A stretch of 64,000 nt of DNA from Eledone cirrhosa (Eukaryota): the NCBI GenBank assembly GCA_964016885.1, contig OZ024745.1, forward strand, positions 81,344,001 through 81,408,000, read 5' to 3'. The notes beneath the pieces are model-generated. The model worked only from the letters and a program-made list of their open reading frames with translations. It did not search any database and had not been told where the DNA came from. Shown here piece after piece: positions 14,109-27,034 of the stretch (position 1 is its first letter; each line of letters starts with the position of its first letter). Position numbers and translations under genes: made by a program.

Positions 14109-14315
14109 TATGTATGTATGTATACGTACATACATATATGTATACAGACGTACAGAAGTATATATATATATACATACATGCACACATATATATATTCACG
14201 CATCTGTTTACCGAACATTTATTATAATGCTCGGTTTGTTTGTGTGTAAACAAACAGCCCGAATGACGCCGTACAGTGTTTAGGCAACCACGCCACCTTT
14301 TCGTTCAACACTGAC

Positions 14316-14376
14316 ACAGGAACGATGTACTAGTTTCAAGCTTATTAGCTATCGTCAGCATCGTATACCTTCCTGC
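14316..14376 (-). ncRNA. Type I hammerhead ribozyme, unit 1
   Basis: Minus strand: caggaa-ggtata-cgatg-CTGACGA-t(agct aata agct)t-GAAA-ctag-TA-catcg-ttcctg. Confidence 0.92.
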
Positions 14377-14757
14377 CAGATGGTTGAACGTCTGAAAGTA
14401 TATACTTTCCTTATGCATTTTAACGACTGAGAAACCTAATTTGCATATCGAGTGAGTTCAGTCGGCCGGGCACACCAAAAACGATAAATCGAATAGAATG
14501 AAACGAAATTTCATTTCTCACTATTAGTACGGCACTTACTTAAATGTAAGTATGTATGTATGTATACGTACATACATATATGTATACAGACGTAGAGTAA
14601 TATGTATATATATACATACATGCACACATATATATATGCACGTATCGGTTTACCGAACATTTATTATAATGCTCGGTTTGTTTGTGTGTAAACAAACAGC
14701 CCGAATTACGCCGTGCAGTGTTTAGGCAACCGCGTCACCTTTTTGTTCAACACTGAC

Positions 14758-14818
14758 ACAGGAACGATGTACTAGTTTCAAGCTTATTACCTATCGTCAG
14801 CATCGTATACCTTCCTGC
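14758..14818 (-). ncRNA. Type I hammerhead ribozyme, unit 2
   Basis: Same as unit 1 with one stem II mismatch (aggt/agct). Confidence 0.85.
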
Positions 14819-15201
14819 CAGATGGTTGAACGTCTGAAAGTATATACTTTGCTTGTGCATATTAACGGCTGAGCAGCCTAATTTGCATATCGAGTGAGTT
14901 CAGTCGGCCGGGCACACCGAAAACGATAAATGTAATAGAATGAAACGAAATTTCATTTCTCACTATTAGTACGGCACTTACTTAAATGTAAGTATGTATG
15001 TATGTATACGTACATACATATATGTATACAGACGTACAGTAGTATGTATATATATATATACATACATGCACACATATATATATATGCGGGTATCGGTTTA
15101 CCGAACATTTATTATAATGCTCGGTTTGTTTGTAAACAAACAGCCCGAATTACGCCGTACAGTGTTTAGGGAACCGCGACACCTTTTTGTTCAACACTGA
15201 C

Positions 15202-15262
15202 ACAGGAACGATGTACTAGTTTCAAGCTTATTAGCTATCGTCAGCATCGTATACCTTCCTGC
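15202..15262 (-). ncRNA. Type I hammerhead ribozyme, unit 3
   Basis: Core and stems identical to unit 1. Confidence 0.92.
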
Positions 15263-15609
15263 TAGCTGGTTGAACGTCTGAAAGTATATACTTTCCTTGT
15301 GCATATTAACGGCTGAGCAGCCTAATTTGCATATCGAGTGAGTTCAGTCGGCTGGGCACACCGAAAACGATAAATGGAATAGAATGCATATATTTATAGA
15401 CACATACATACATATATATATATAAACACATGCATATACATATAGACACATACATGCATATATATATATATAGACAGATACATACAAGTATATATATGTA
15501 TAGGCACATGCATACATATATATAAACACATACATATATATATATATAAACACATACATATATATATAAACACATACATACGTATATATATATATATATA
15601 TATAAACAC

Positions 15610-15653
<44 letters not shown>

Positions 15654-15655
15654 AC

Positions 15656-15709
<54 letters not shown>

Positions 15710-15711
15710 AC

Positions 15712-15749
<38 letters not shown>

Positions 15750-15789
15750 GATATTAAATAAATGGAAACTATATTTATAAAATCATATT

Positions 15790-15856
15790 TATTTCATTAT
15801 ATATATTTCAGGGATATCATATTAACAATATGCTATGCCTTCCTCAGACAAAATAC
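15790..15856 (-). ncRNA. Type I hammerhead ribozyme in the inverted family 2 pLTR
   Basis: Reverse complement of 18199-18264. Confidence 0.75.
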
Positions 15857-16009
15857 AATATAAACAGTTTTATAGATAAATAGATTTGACATACCGTACA
15901 ACATCGACTTGTATTTGAAAAGTTGAATTGGCAGTGAAAAAATTGTAAACAGAAAGAAAGAAAGAGAGAAAAAAGGAAAGAAAGACAGAAAACGAAGAAT
16001 CTCGTCTAA

Positions 16010-16885
16010 TAGAAAGATTTTCGACGAAAAAGCCCAGTACTACAATGAAGCGTTAGCTAGAGCAGGATATACTGATAAGATTATGTACATAGATAATGAT
16101 AGACAAACTAAACAAAATAACAACTATTTTAATTACGGCAACAACCTTAACAACTATAATAGAAAGCATTACAATAATTCCAAGGGCCAAAAAAGAAATA
16201 GAACTAGGAACATAATTTGGTTTGCCCCCCCCCCCCCCCCTTCTCACTAAACATTAAAACCCACATCGCTAAACTATTTTTTAAAGCTCTTGATAATCGC
16301 TTCCCTAGAACACATAGGTATCACTCAATTTTCAATAGACATACTATAAAATTAACCTACTCATCCACCAAAAATTTAGCACAAAATATTAATAGAATAG
16401 ATAATAGGAACTTAAAACCTAGTGATAATAGCATAAATAATATACAAGTTAACAAATGTAACTGTAGAGATAGATCTAAATGTCCGTTAAATAACAACTG
16501 CTTAGTTAAAAATATAGTATACAATTGTAATGTTAAAACTGATTCTAATTCTTTTAACTACGTCGGTTCCACATCGACGGAATTTAAACTTCGCTATAAT
16601 AACCACAAGAATTCTTTCACAGATCCAAGCAAAAAATCTTCAACGGCACTATCAGGCGTACTCTGGCAACTTAAGCTAGATAACGTTAGATATTCGACGG
16701 CTTGGAATATAGTCTCAAGAGGGATTCCTTTTAATTCATCCTCTGAGACATGTGACCTCTGCGCAGAGGAGATATTCTTTATACTAAAATCTAAAAATTC
16801 CCTTAATCTACGGACAAATTTATTCAGTTGCTGCAAACATAGATTAAACTCAACTTTTAAATATAAATTTAAATTTAAAATGTAG
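16010..16885 (+). pseudogene. PLE C-terminal GIY-YIG endonuclease region
   Basis: CNCRDRSKCPLNNNC, NIVYNC..YVGSTSTEFKLRYNNHK and CDLC..CKH. Frameshift at the poly-C run near 16230. Confidence 0.9.
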
Positions 16886-18198
16886 TATATTTAGTTTGAT
16901 TTATAATTATTTGGGAAACTAGCCGATAAATCTTTCGATTTCTTCTTTTTATTCTTCTTTTTATTTTTATTTTTATTTAAACATTCTTCATGAAAAATTA
17001 AACTACCCTAAAAGTTGATGCTCCAAATATTTCGAATAAACGTTACACTAGATAAACTTCTATATTAAATATAAGAACACATGTAGACCAAATGGGCATC
17101 CTAAACTTTTTGAAATGATTTTTGCTAGATGCGATTTGATAAATAATTTTTAGCTTTATCTGTTTTCGACTCTGATGCTTATAATGAACTTGGCAATATA
17201 TTGTCAATTAATTTTGAAGGGTTGATCTTTGTGGTTTATTTTTATTATTGTAGTATTTTCTAATATTTTTATTTTTAATATGTAATATTTTTAATATGTA
17301 ATATTTTTTCGTAATATTTTTTAGTTTTCTATTTTATTATTATTTATTTATTATTATTATTATTGTTGTTTTTTGGTTTTTGTTTCTGATATATTTTTTA
17401 TTAATATATTGAAATCTGCTCTCTATTTCTGCTTGATAGATAATCTTGTAGAGTAAAGACAAGAATAGTAGTAATATAGACTCTATATAAATACTTAAAT
17501 TTTTATAGCACAATGAGAATGTTTTCCGTGTGAACTTAGGGTTTGCAGAGTTGATCATGTAAATTCACATCGATGTTTGTAATTATCATATAAACATATG
17601 AATTTTTTAAAACTAAACATAAGATCATTACTTTTCACACATTATGGATACGTGTCTCATTCAGGAATACTGATATTTTCAATATAGTGCCTGGTTTTTA
17701 TACATATTAATACTTCTACATTAAAACATAGGGTTTTTATGCCTCGCCTATGTCTGGTTACTTTTCATTTTTCTCTATATATAATAGCTGGTTTCTCTCC
17801 TAACCACATATATCTCCCTTACATTAATACTAGAGCTAAATAAATAAATAAATAAAGAAATGTATCATTGATACGTTTACTCAACGGATGTCCAACTACA
17901 TATTTTTCTATATATATATCTATCTCTATCTATTTCCTCTCTCTATATATATCTCTCTCTGTTTCTTTACATGAAGTTCTTCTCTTTATCTATCTTTCCA
18001 TCTCTCTATTTTGTTCCATGCATTTCTTCTTTTTCTTTTTTTTTTTTCTTCTTTTTCTTCGTTTTCTGTCTTTCTTTCCTTTTTTCTCTCTTTCTTTCTT
18101 TCTGTTTACAATTTTTTCACTGCCAATTCAACTTTTCAAATACAAGTCGATGTTGTACGGTATGTCAAATCTATTTATCTATAAAACTGTTTATATTG

Positions 18199-18264
18199 TA
18201 TTTTGTCTGAGGAAGGCATAGCATATTGTTAATATGATATCCCTGAAATATATATAATGAAATA
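18199..18264 (+). ncRNA. Type I hammerhead ribozyme in a family 2 pLTR
   Basis: tattttgt-CTGAGGA-agg..catatt gtt aatatg..cct-GAAA-tatata-TA-atgaaata. Confidence 0.75.
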
Positions 18265-18391
18265 AATATGGTTTTATAAATATAGTTTCCATTTATTTAA
18301 TATCGTAAATATACTCCAAATACTTGTCGAGTGCTTTTATATCAGTTATTAATATTTACTAGTTGTAACCCAACAATTTAAATATAACTTT

Positions 18392-18435
<44 letters not shown>

Positions 18436-18446
18436 ACATATGTATA

Positions 18447-18478
<32 letters not shown>

Positions 18479-18784
18479 AACACATGTATATTTATATATA
18501 TGATGGCTGCCCCCTCGTTATCGAGTGTGGCCATTGCATGAGAAAAAAAAATTTGATAAATAAATCTAAAATAAAATAAAAATAATAAAAAAATATAGAT
18601 ATATATATATATATATACGCACACATATATATACACACACACATATACATTAATAACAATAATAATAATAACAATAATAATAATAACAACAATAATAATA
18701 ACGACAACAACAATAATAATATACATATATATATACACATACACGCACACACATAAACATATATACACACACACACACACGATA

Positions 18785-21700
18785 GCAACTAACAGCGCTG
18801 CGATCGAATGTGGCCTTTTAGCCCAGCCAATGATCTAAAGTGTCTTGCACAGAGTCGGCAACCAAAACATTCACTGGGAATAGTCGGCTGTGGTTGGAGT
18901 TCGTGTTCTTTTGCATGTCGCTTGAGCCCTCCTACTGATTTACATTTTCTACCACATGTTTGGCAAGCATGATAAATAGCATCTCCAACAGCAGACTGGT
19001 AGTACAACTGGTCTTACTTTATGACTGCGAAAATGACTTTCGAGTCCAGCTTTGCTTAGGCAGAGTCTCGCACAGACGCTGCATGTCAGCACCATAGGAG
19101 GACCCTCGCCGTCTGGAAGTGCAACAGCAATGCCCTTCCTCACATCCCGCTTTACTTTCTCGTATACGATTCGAGATGCCTCAAAGGCAACTTTTCCCTC
19201 ATATACAGTCTTTCTCCATTTATTACGATCAGCAGCAATATTTTCCCATGTATCAGCAGAGATGTTAGCGTCTTTCAGAGAGGCTTTCAAGGAATCCTTA
19301 TACCTCTTTTTTGGTTTATGTGGCGGTCGTTTTCCTTTAACCAACTCTCCATAAAAGAGTTGTTTTGGTATTCTAGAATCCTTCATCCTGGCAAGGTGAC
19401 CATTCCAACGGAGTCGTTGCTTAAGCACAAGAGCTTCTATACTGTCACACATAGAGCTTTCCAAAATCTCGACATCACTGATGTGGTCCCTCCAGTGAAC
19501 GCCATGGATCCGTCTGAGACACATCTGATGGAAACGCTCCAATTGCTTAAGGTGGTGTCGATATGTGACCCAGGTCTCGCAGGCATAAAGAAGACAAGAG
19601 AGCACACATGCCCTGTACACCTTTACCTTGCTTTCACTTGCTTTCCTAATCCTAAGTGAGATTTCACTGTCAAGGTTGCTGTATCGATTGACAGTGCTTC
19701 CCAGGTAGACAAACTGATCAACCACTCCAAATCGTTTACGATACACATAGATATTTGGTTCAGTGTACTGCTTACCAGGGGCAGGTTGGTACATGACGAC
19801 GGTTTTCTAGAGACTGACAGTCAATCCTAGGGCAGTGCAAGCGTCAGAAAATGCTTTCAAAATGTGCTGCATATCACTCTCTGTGTGCACTACAAGATCG
19901 CAATCATCTGCATACAAGAGGTCTCTTATGATTGATGTAAATACTTTTGTCTTTGTAGCAAAGCGCCTGATGTTAAATATGCTGCCTGAGGTTCGATATC
20001 GGATGTAAACACCATGCTCGCAATTCCTGAATGCAATACAGAAAACCATTGCAAAGTATATGGCAAACAGGGTCGGTGCTGGAATATCCCCCTGTTTCAC
20101 TCCATTTTTTACTGAGATAAGCTCCGACATGTTACCTCCGACATTAACCCAAGCCTTCATATCGTCGTGGAAAGACCTAACTAAAGCAAGAAACTTATCA
20201 GGGCAACCAAGTTTCTGGAGAACCTTCCATAATGCATCTCTGTTAACAGTATCGAAAGCTTTTGTCAGATCGACAAAAACCTGATACAGATCCAAGCCTT
20301 GTTCCATGCACTTCTCCTGGAGCTGTCTAGCTGAGAAGATCATATCAGTAGCGCCGCGTCCAGCACGAAAACCAGATTGACTTTCAGGAAGAACACAATC
20401 TGCAATGTGTGTCAGCAGACGGTCAAGAAGCACCCTACATAAAACTTTCCCTACGACAGAAAGCAATGATATACCTCTGTAGTTCCCACAATCATTCCTG
20501 TTACCCTTTCCCTTGTACAAGACCACCATTACTGCATCTCTCCAGTCCTCAGGTACGGATTCATTAGCCTATATCCTGCCAAACAAAGAGTGAAGATGCT
20601 GCAAGAGTCTCTCGCCTCCATATTGTAGGAGCTCAGCATGTATGCCATCCATACCTGGAGATCTTCCACTGTTCAGCTTCGAAATAGCCACTGCAACCTC
20701 CACAAGCGTCGGAGGCTCTGCGAGAGCTACTTTCACAGGACTTTCTGGAATGAGATTGAGGAAATCTTCACTGACGACAGACGGCTGATTCAAAAGATCA
20801 TCAAAGTGCTCTCGCCACCTTCGTAGAATTCCTTGTGAGTCATGAAGAAGTTCTTTGCCATCCTTGCTGCGAAGCGGTGTCACCAGAGAAGAAGACGGTC
20901 CATAAACCTCACGCAAGAGACTGTACAACAGCTTTGTGTTATTGGAATTTGACGCAGTTTGTATCTCACCAGCCTTCTCACTCCACCACTGATCCTTCAT
21001 CTGAGAAAGACTCCGCCTAACACGTGATTCTACATCCTTAAGTTCCTCATGCAACGTATTCCTCTCCTGTGGTTTTGCCGTCAAGTAGCGTGACAGAGCA
21101 CGCCTATTATCAGCCAACAAGTCTTCTATATGTACATCATTCTCATTAAACCAGTCCTGATGTTTTCTCTGAACCAATCCCAGAACACGCCTGTCTACAT
21201 CATAAACCGACTTTTTAAGGGTCGGCCAATCCTCCCAAGATCTGCAGCATGCATCTCTTCTTCCAATGTCCTCTTCACATTTTTATCCTTAAGACGAGCA
21301 GCATTCAATCTTTTGGGCAGGGCAACACCAGGAGCCCGGATTTTACGTTTAGTGATTAGTTTCACTTTTGCGCGTACCAAGCGGTGGTCCGTCCAGCACT
21401 CAGCTCCACGAAGAGCACGAACACACTGCACATCCTGTCTGTCACGCATCCTGACTAGGACGTAGTCCAAAAGATGCCATTCCTTAGATGCAGGATGCAT
21501 CCATGTGGTTTTGAATTTGTTCTTTTGTTGAAACATGGTGTTGGTAACACACAGATCCAGCTCCTCACACATCTGCAGCAGGTGAATACCATTGTTGTTA
21601 CACTTTCCCACCCCATGCCTTCCGATTACATTCCATGTGTTAAAATCCCTACCCACTCTAGCATTAAAGTCACAAAGCACGATGACTTTGTCTGCCTGAG

Positions 21701-22662
21701 GGATATTTCTTAAAACACCTTTCAAGGCATGGTAAAAGGACACTTTTTCATCATCGACAGAATTCATAGTTGGAGCATACACACTCACCAGGGTCGCATA
21801 TCTTCCTTTGTCCAGCGGAATTCTCATGAAAATAAGACGCTCACTAATCCCTACTGAGAATTCTTCTAATTTATTCACAAGTACAGTCTTAAGAGCAAAT
21901 GCTACCCCAGCCTCTCTTCTGGTTCCTTCATCTCTTCCTTTCCAGAAGAATGTATATTCTCCACAAAATTCTGTAAGATGACCATCTCCAGCTAACCTCG
22001 TCTCAGATAAAGCCACGATGTCAAGATCGTAACGTCGAAGCACCTTTGTAACAAGAGCGGTCCTTCGTTCAGGACGCTCCAAGGAATCCCTGTCAAGCAG
22101 CGTCCGTACGTTCCAGCAGCCAAGACTAAATGCCTTGTTTGGCTCTATTACAATGACACGATGACGAGCGGGCCCAGGCTGTGATAACCTGGGGCCCCTG
22201 CCCTTATTGCCAATGATCTTTTTTGTTCCAGAACCTAAATTGCCAATTATCTCTTTCATATTGTTCTGGAACATCATTGAATTGGAAAAAAAAAAGGAAA
22301 AAAAAAGGATTAATAATAGTAACAATAATAATAATAATAATGATTTCATTAATAATAATAGGACACTATTAATAATTATTAATGCACTCGTGCAATGCCT
22401 GTGCGTGACGAATATTTTTAAAGTGAGGAAAGACTGTGCACTGAGCCAATCCCACTCTCTGAGCGACAGTAGCTATAACCCGAAAAGAAGAAAAGATCAA
22501 CATCATCGGTAACTACTGAGCCGCAGGTTTTATGTCGGAGTTAACCCAGTTTCCTGAGATGCCTTCTCCTAGAAGAATGCCCTGACAAGGGCTAGGGGTT
22601 CTTCACTCCCAGTGGTTTAACTCCGCGATCGGGCATCCAGCCCGATTATTTCTATGTCCCCG
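18785..22662 (-). mobile_element. Near full-length RTE (BovB-like) LINE, disrupted
   Basis: APE motifs (WNVRTL, LSETRL, DFNARVG, TDH), RT motifs (NYRGISLL, FVDLTKAFD, GVKQG, LYADD) and C-terminal C2H2 fingers. Several stops and frameshifts. CA-repeat adjacent at the 3' end. Confidence 0.95.
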
Positions 22663-22782
22663 CGCAAAAAAAAAAAACTCACTTATTGAAACTTATACGT
22701 ACGACATACACACACACGCATACATACGCGCGCACACAGATACACTCATACATACAAACAAACACACACACGCTACTCACTT

Positions 22783-22814
<32 letters not shown>

Positions 22815-22924
22815 TACCGTCATTACTGATACAAGATTACAAGATTATGTCAACTGTTGACTTTCAAGGGTTTGTATAGTTGAAGCCGTTCGTATTACAG
22901 TCCAGTATTACTATAATTGCTTTA

Positions 22925-23075
22925 CAGCATAGAGTTATGGCTCTCCACGCTCTGAGCTTAAATCCCGCCGAGGTCAACCCTGCCTTTCATCCCCACGGAG
23001 TCAACAAAAGAGAGTACCAGTGATGCGCTGGGCCAGTCGCTGGATTCGTGCCAAAAGCAGAAAAATTATTATTAA
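22925..23075 (+). mobile_element. tRNA-derived SINE, partial
   Basis: Degenerate B box followed by the gcctttcatcc..aaagagtaccag core. Confidence 0.75.
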
Positions 23076-23390
23076 AGTTGTTTTCTTAAGACCCGGTCGC
23101 TGGTGATGGTGATGGCGGCGGTGGTGGCGGTGGTGGTGGTGGTGGTGGTGGCAGTTGATGTTGTTGTTGTTTTGTGTGCGTGTGTGTGTGTGTTTTGTTA
23201 TTTTGAGTTTTCTTGTTAGTTTGTGTTTTTTTTTTGTTTTTTTTTATCTTTTGATGCCGCTGTTGTTGTTGTAAATGTTCATTTCAATTCATTCTGAAGC
23301 TGTTGTTGCTGTAAACATTAGTGCCGGTGTTGTTGTTGTAGATGTTGGGGTTGAAATCAGGTCGTTTGACAGTGATGTATATACACACAT

Positions 23391-23440
<50 letters not shown>

Positions 23441-24036
23441 TCAACACAGAGTAGAGAGTTTGACAACAGGTCGATGACTTTAGTCTAGATAGGGTAATGA
23501 CATCTGATGGTGGGGAGAGAGTGTAGACGTTATTGTGGTGGAGGGGGGGGGGGGGGCAGTGAGATATATCTAGTTCATTTGTCCGTTTTCTTCTCTTTGC
23601 AAAATTTGAATTTTAGCCATGTTATATTGACATGTAAGTAAATGTAAAATGTAAAATAAAAATAAGGATTGCACTGGTAAAATATACTAAAATATTTGTG
23701 TAACTTCCACAAACTTCTGTCGTGACATCCCGAGTCCAGTGACCAAAAAATTGTTGTATTTTAATGTTTCAGAATACAAAAATTAATAGAATACATATAT
23801 AAATATATATATATAAATGAAAAGTATAGAAATTGTTGTAGCGTGAAGCTAACAGTATTCCATAACATATACGTATATATACGTATATATCACTTTCCAG
23901 ATTATATATTATATGCAATACTTCATGGAAACTACATTTTATTACACACACACACACACACACTCACACACATATATATATATATATAAACACACATATA
24001 TGCATGAGTTTATAAATACACACACACACATATAGA

Positions 24037-24116
24037 GGTCTGACGAGCTTTTGATTCCAGATTCGGGCCAGATCGATACAGATCGAACCTTCAGCTGATG
24101 CGAAATGCGCGTCACC
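24037..24116 (+). ncRNA. Type I hammerhead ribozyme with long stem II insertion
   Basis: ggt-CTGACGA-gc..gc-GAAA-tgcgcg-TC-acc. Homolog at 63437-63525. Confidence 0.75.
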
Positions 24117-24201
24117 AATCAATAAGGAAGGCTTAAGAAATCGGCTTTATATTATTATTATTATTATTATTATTATAATTACAATATATATAAGGTAAGG
24201 G

Positions 24202-24730
24202 CGGTGGATTGGCAGTATCGGTAGAGAGACGGACGCCATGTTTTACAGCATAGAGTTACGGCCCTTTATGATCTGAGTTCAAATCCCACCGAGGTTAACT
24301 TTGCCTTTTATCCTTATGGGCTCGATAAAATAAAGTACCAGTACGCACTGGGGTCGATTTAATCGACTTTCCCCTTTCCCAAAATTGCTGGCCTTGTGCC
24401 TATATAAGAAACCATTATATATATAAGAAACCATTGAATTGGCGGTATCGGTAGAGGGTTGGACGCCATGCTTTCTAGCATAGTTACAATTATTATTATT
24501 ATATATATATATAAGGGCGGTGGATTGGCAGTATCGGTAGAGGGTCAGACGCCATGCTTTACAGCATAGAGTTATGGCCCTTTATAATCTGAGTTCAAAT
24601 CCAGCCGAGGTTAACTTTGCCTTTCATCCTTACGGGGTCGATAAAATAAAGTACCAGTCACGCACTGGGGTCGATTTAATCGACTTTCCACTCCCCCCAA
24701 ATTACTGGCCTTGTGCCTATATAAGAAACC

Positions 24731-24735
<5 letters not shown>
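24202..24735 (+). mobile_element. Cluster of tRNA-derived SINEs (two full, one partial)
   Basis: A-box-like TGGCAGTATCGG, B box GAGTTCAAATCC and core TTGCCTTTCATCCTTACGGGGTCGATAAAATAAAGTACCAG. Confidence 0.9.
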
Positions 24736-24791
<56 letters not shown>

Positions 24792-24884
24792 GAAGTAATT
24801 CCGTCGGAAAAGTCCAGGAAAAGAGAGTGCTCTATGTAGGTAACAGAGCTTAATAATTATGTAATAAACAACATAAGGCAATTA

Positions 24885-24944
24885 TTCCATTTACCAGTGG
24901 TTTCTTAAAAGCAAAAAATGTTGCTTTCAATCCTCAGAATGAAA
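24885..24944 (-). ncRNA. Type I hammerhead ribozyme
   Basis: Near-identical reverse complement of 26374-26433. Confidence 0.85.
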
Positions 24945-25079
24945 AAATCCTGGTCTGTTTATTGAATTTGGATTTTAAAAACAAAAATGCAATCTATATG
25001 AAAGTGAGGCTGGAGAAAGAAGGAAAGGAAAAATAAAATAAAACCACACATGCAAACACACACACACAAAAGCATACAT

Positions 25080-25170
<91 letters not shown>

Positions 25171-25988
25171 CATATACACATACATACATACGCACATAAA
25201 TATCAACACATCCATGCATACACATACATATATACAACCACACACACATATATACACACATATATATATATAAATATGAATATATATATATATATATATA
25301 CATGCATACGCATACATAGCCATACACACATCATACATATACATACATACATACATGCACACAATCATACCTATATATACACACGTACATACATACACAT
25401 ACATAAATGCGTACATATACATGTACAAAATTAGAAAAATACACACTCCTCTACATAAATATAAGAAAAAATATATATAAAAAAATAAAATAATAATAAA
25501 GATTATTATAAGTTGACACCGATACAAACGACGGGTAGATGAACAGACACGCGTGGTAAGCAATACACACAAATGCACGTACACATACGTACGAAAAAGT
25601 GTGCGTGTTTGTGTATGTATGTGTTTATGTATTTGTATATGTATGTTTTTGTGTGATAGTGTGTGTATGTATTTACTTTTTCGTACGTATGTGTACGTGC
25701 ATTTGTGTGTATTACTTACCACGCGTGTCTGTTCATCTACCCGTCGTTTGTATCGCTGTCAACTCTATAATAATCTTTATTATTATTTTATTTTTTTATA
25801 TATATTTTTTCTTATATTTATTTGCGTGTGTGAATATGTAGAGGAGTGTATATTTTTCTAATTTTGTACATGTATATGTACGCATTTATGTATGTGTATG
25901 TATGTACGTGTGTATATAGGTATGGTTGTGTGCATGTATGTATGTATATGTATGTGTGTATGGCTATGTATGTGTATGTGTATGCATG

Positions 25989-26022
<34 letters not shown>

Positions 26023-26196
26023 TATATTAATATATATATATATGTGTGTATATATGTGTGTGTGGTTGTATATATGTATGTGTATGTATGGATGTGTTGA
26101 TATTTATGTGCGTATGTATGTGTATATGTATGTGTATGTGTGTATTTACATACACATATATATGTGTATATGTGTGTGTGTATGTATGAGTGTATG

Positions 26197-26227
<31 letters not shown>

Positions 26228-26373
26228 ATGTATGCTTTTGTGTGTGTGTGTGTGTGTGTTTGCATGTGTGGTTTTATTCTATTTTTCCTTTCCTTCTTCT
26301 TCCTCCAGCCTCACTTTCATATAGATTGCATTTTTGTTTTTAAAATCCAAATTCAATAAACAGACCAGGATTT

Positions 26374-26433
26374 TTTCATTCTGAGGATTGAAAGCAAAAT
26401 TTTTTGCTTTTAAGAAACCACTGGTAAATGGAA
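26374..26433 (+). ncRNA. Type I hammerhead ribozyme
   Basis: tttcatt-CTGAGGA-ttgaaagcaaaa/ttttgcttttaa-GAAA-ccactgg-TA-aatggaa. Confidence 0.88.
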
Positions 26434-26458
26434 TAATTGCCTTATGTTGTTTATTACA

Positions 26459-27012
<554 letters not shown>

Positions 27013-27034
27013 ATATATATATATATATTTTTTT

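Larger units (their letters stand above)
14107..15385 (-). mobile_element. Tandem array of about 2.9 units of 442-444 nt, each with an HHR (putative retrozyme)
   Basis: Units start at about 14107, 14549 and 14991. No ORF. One HHR per unit. Confidence 0.88.
15748..18392 (+). mobile_element. 5'-truncated PLE of family 2 with inverted pLTR
   Basis: 15748-16000 is the reverse complement of about 18055-18306. GIY-YIG ORF present. Both ends in (TA)n. Confidence 0.92.

Noticed and set aside
24202-24300. tRNA gene
   Set aside because: A and B boxes belong to a SINE head and no cloverleaf forms.
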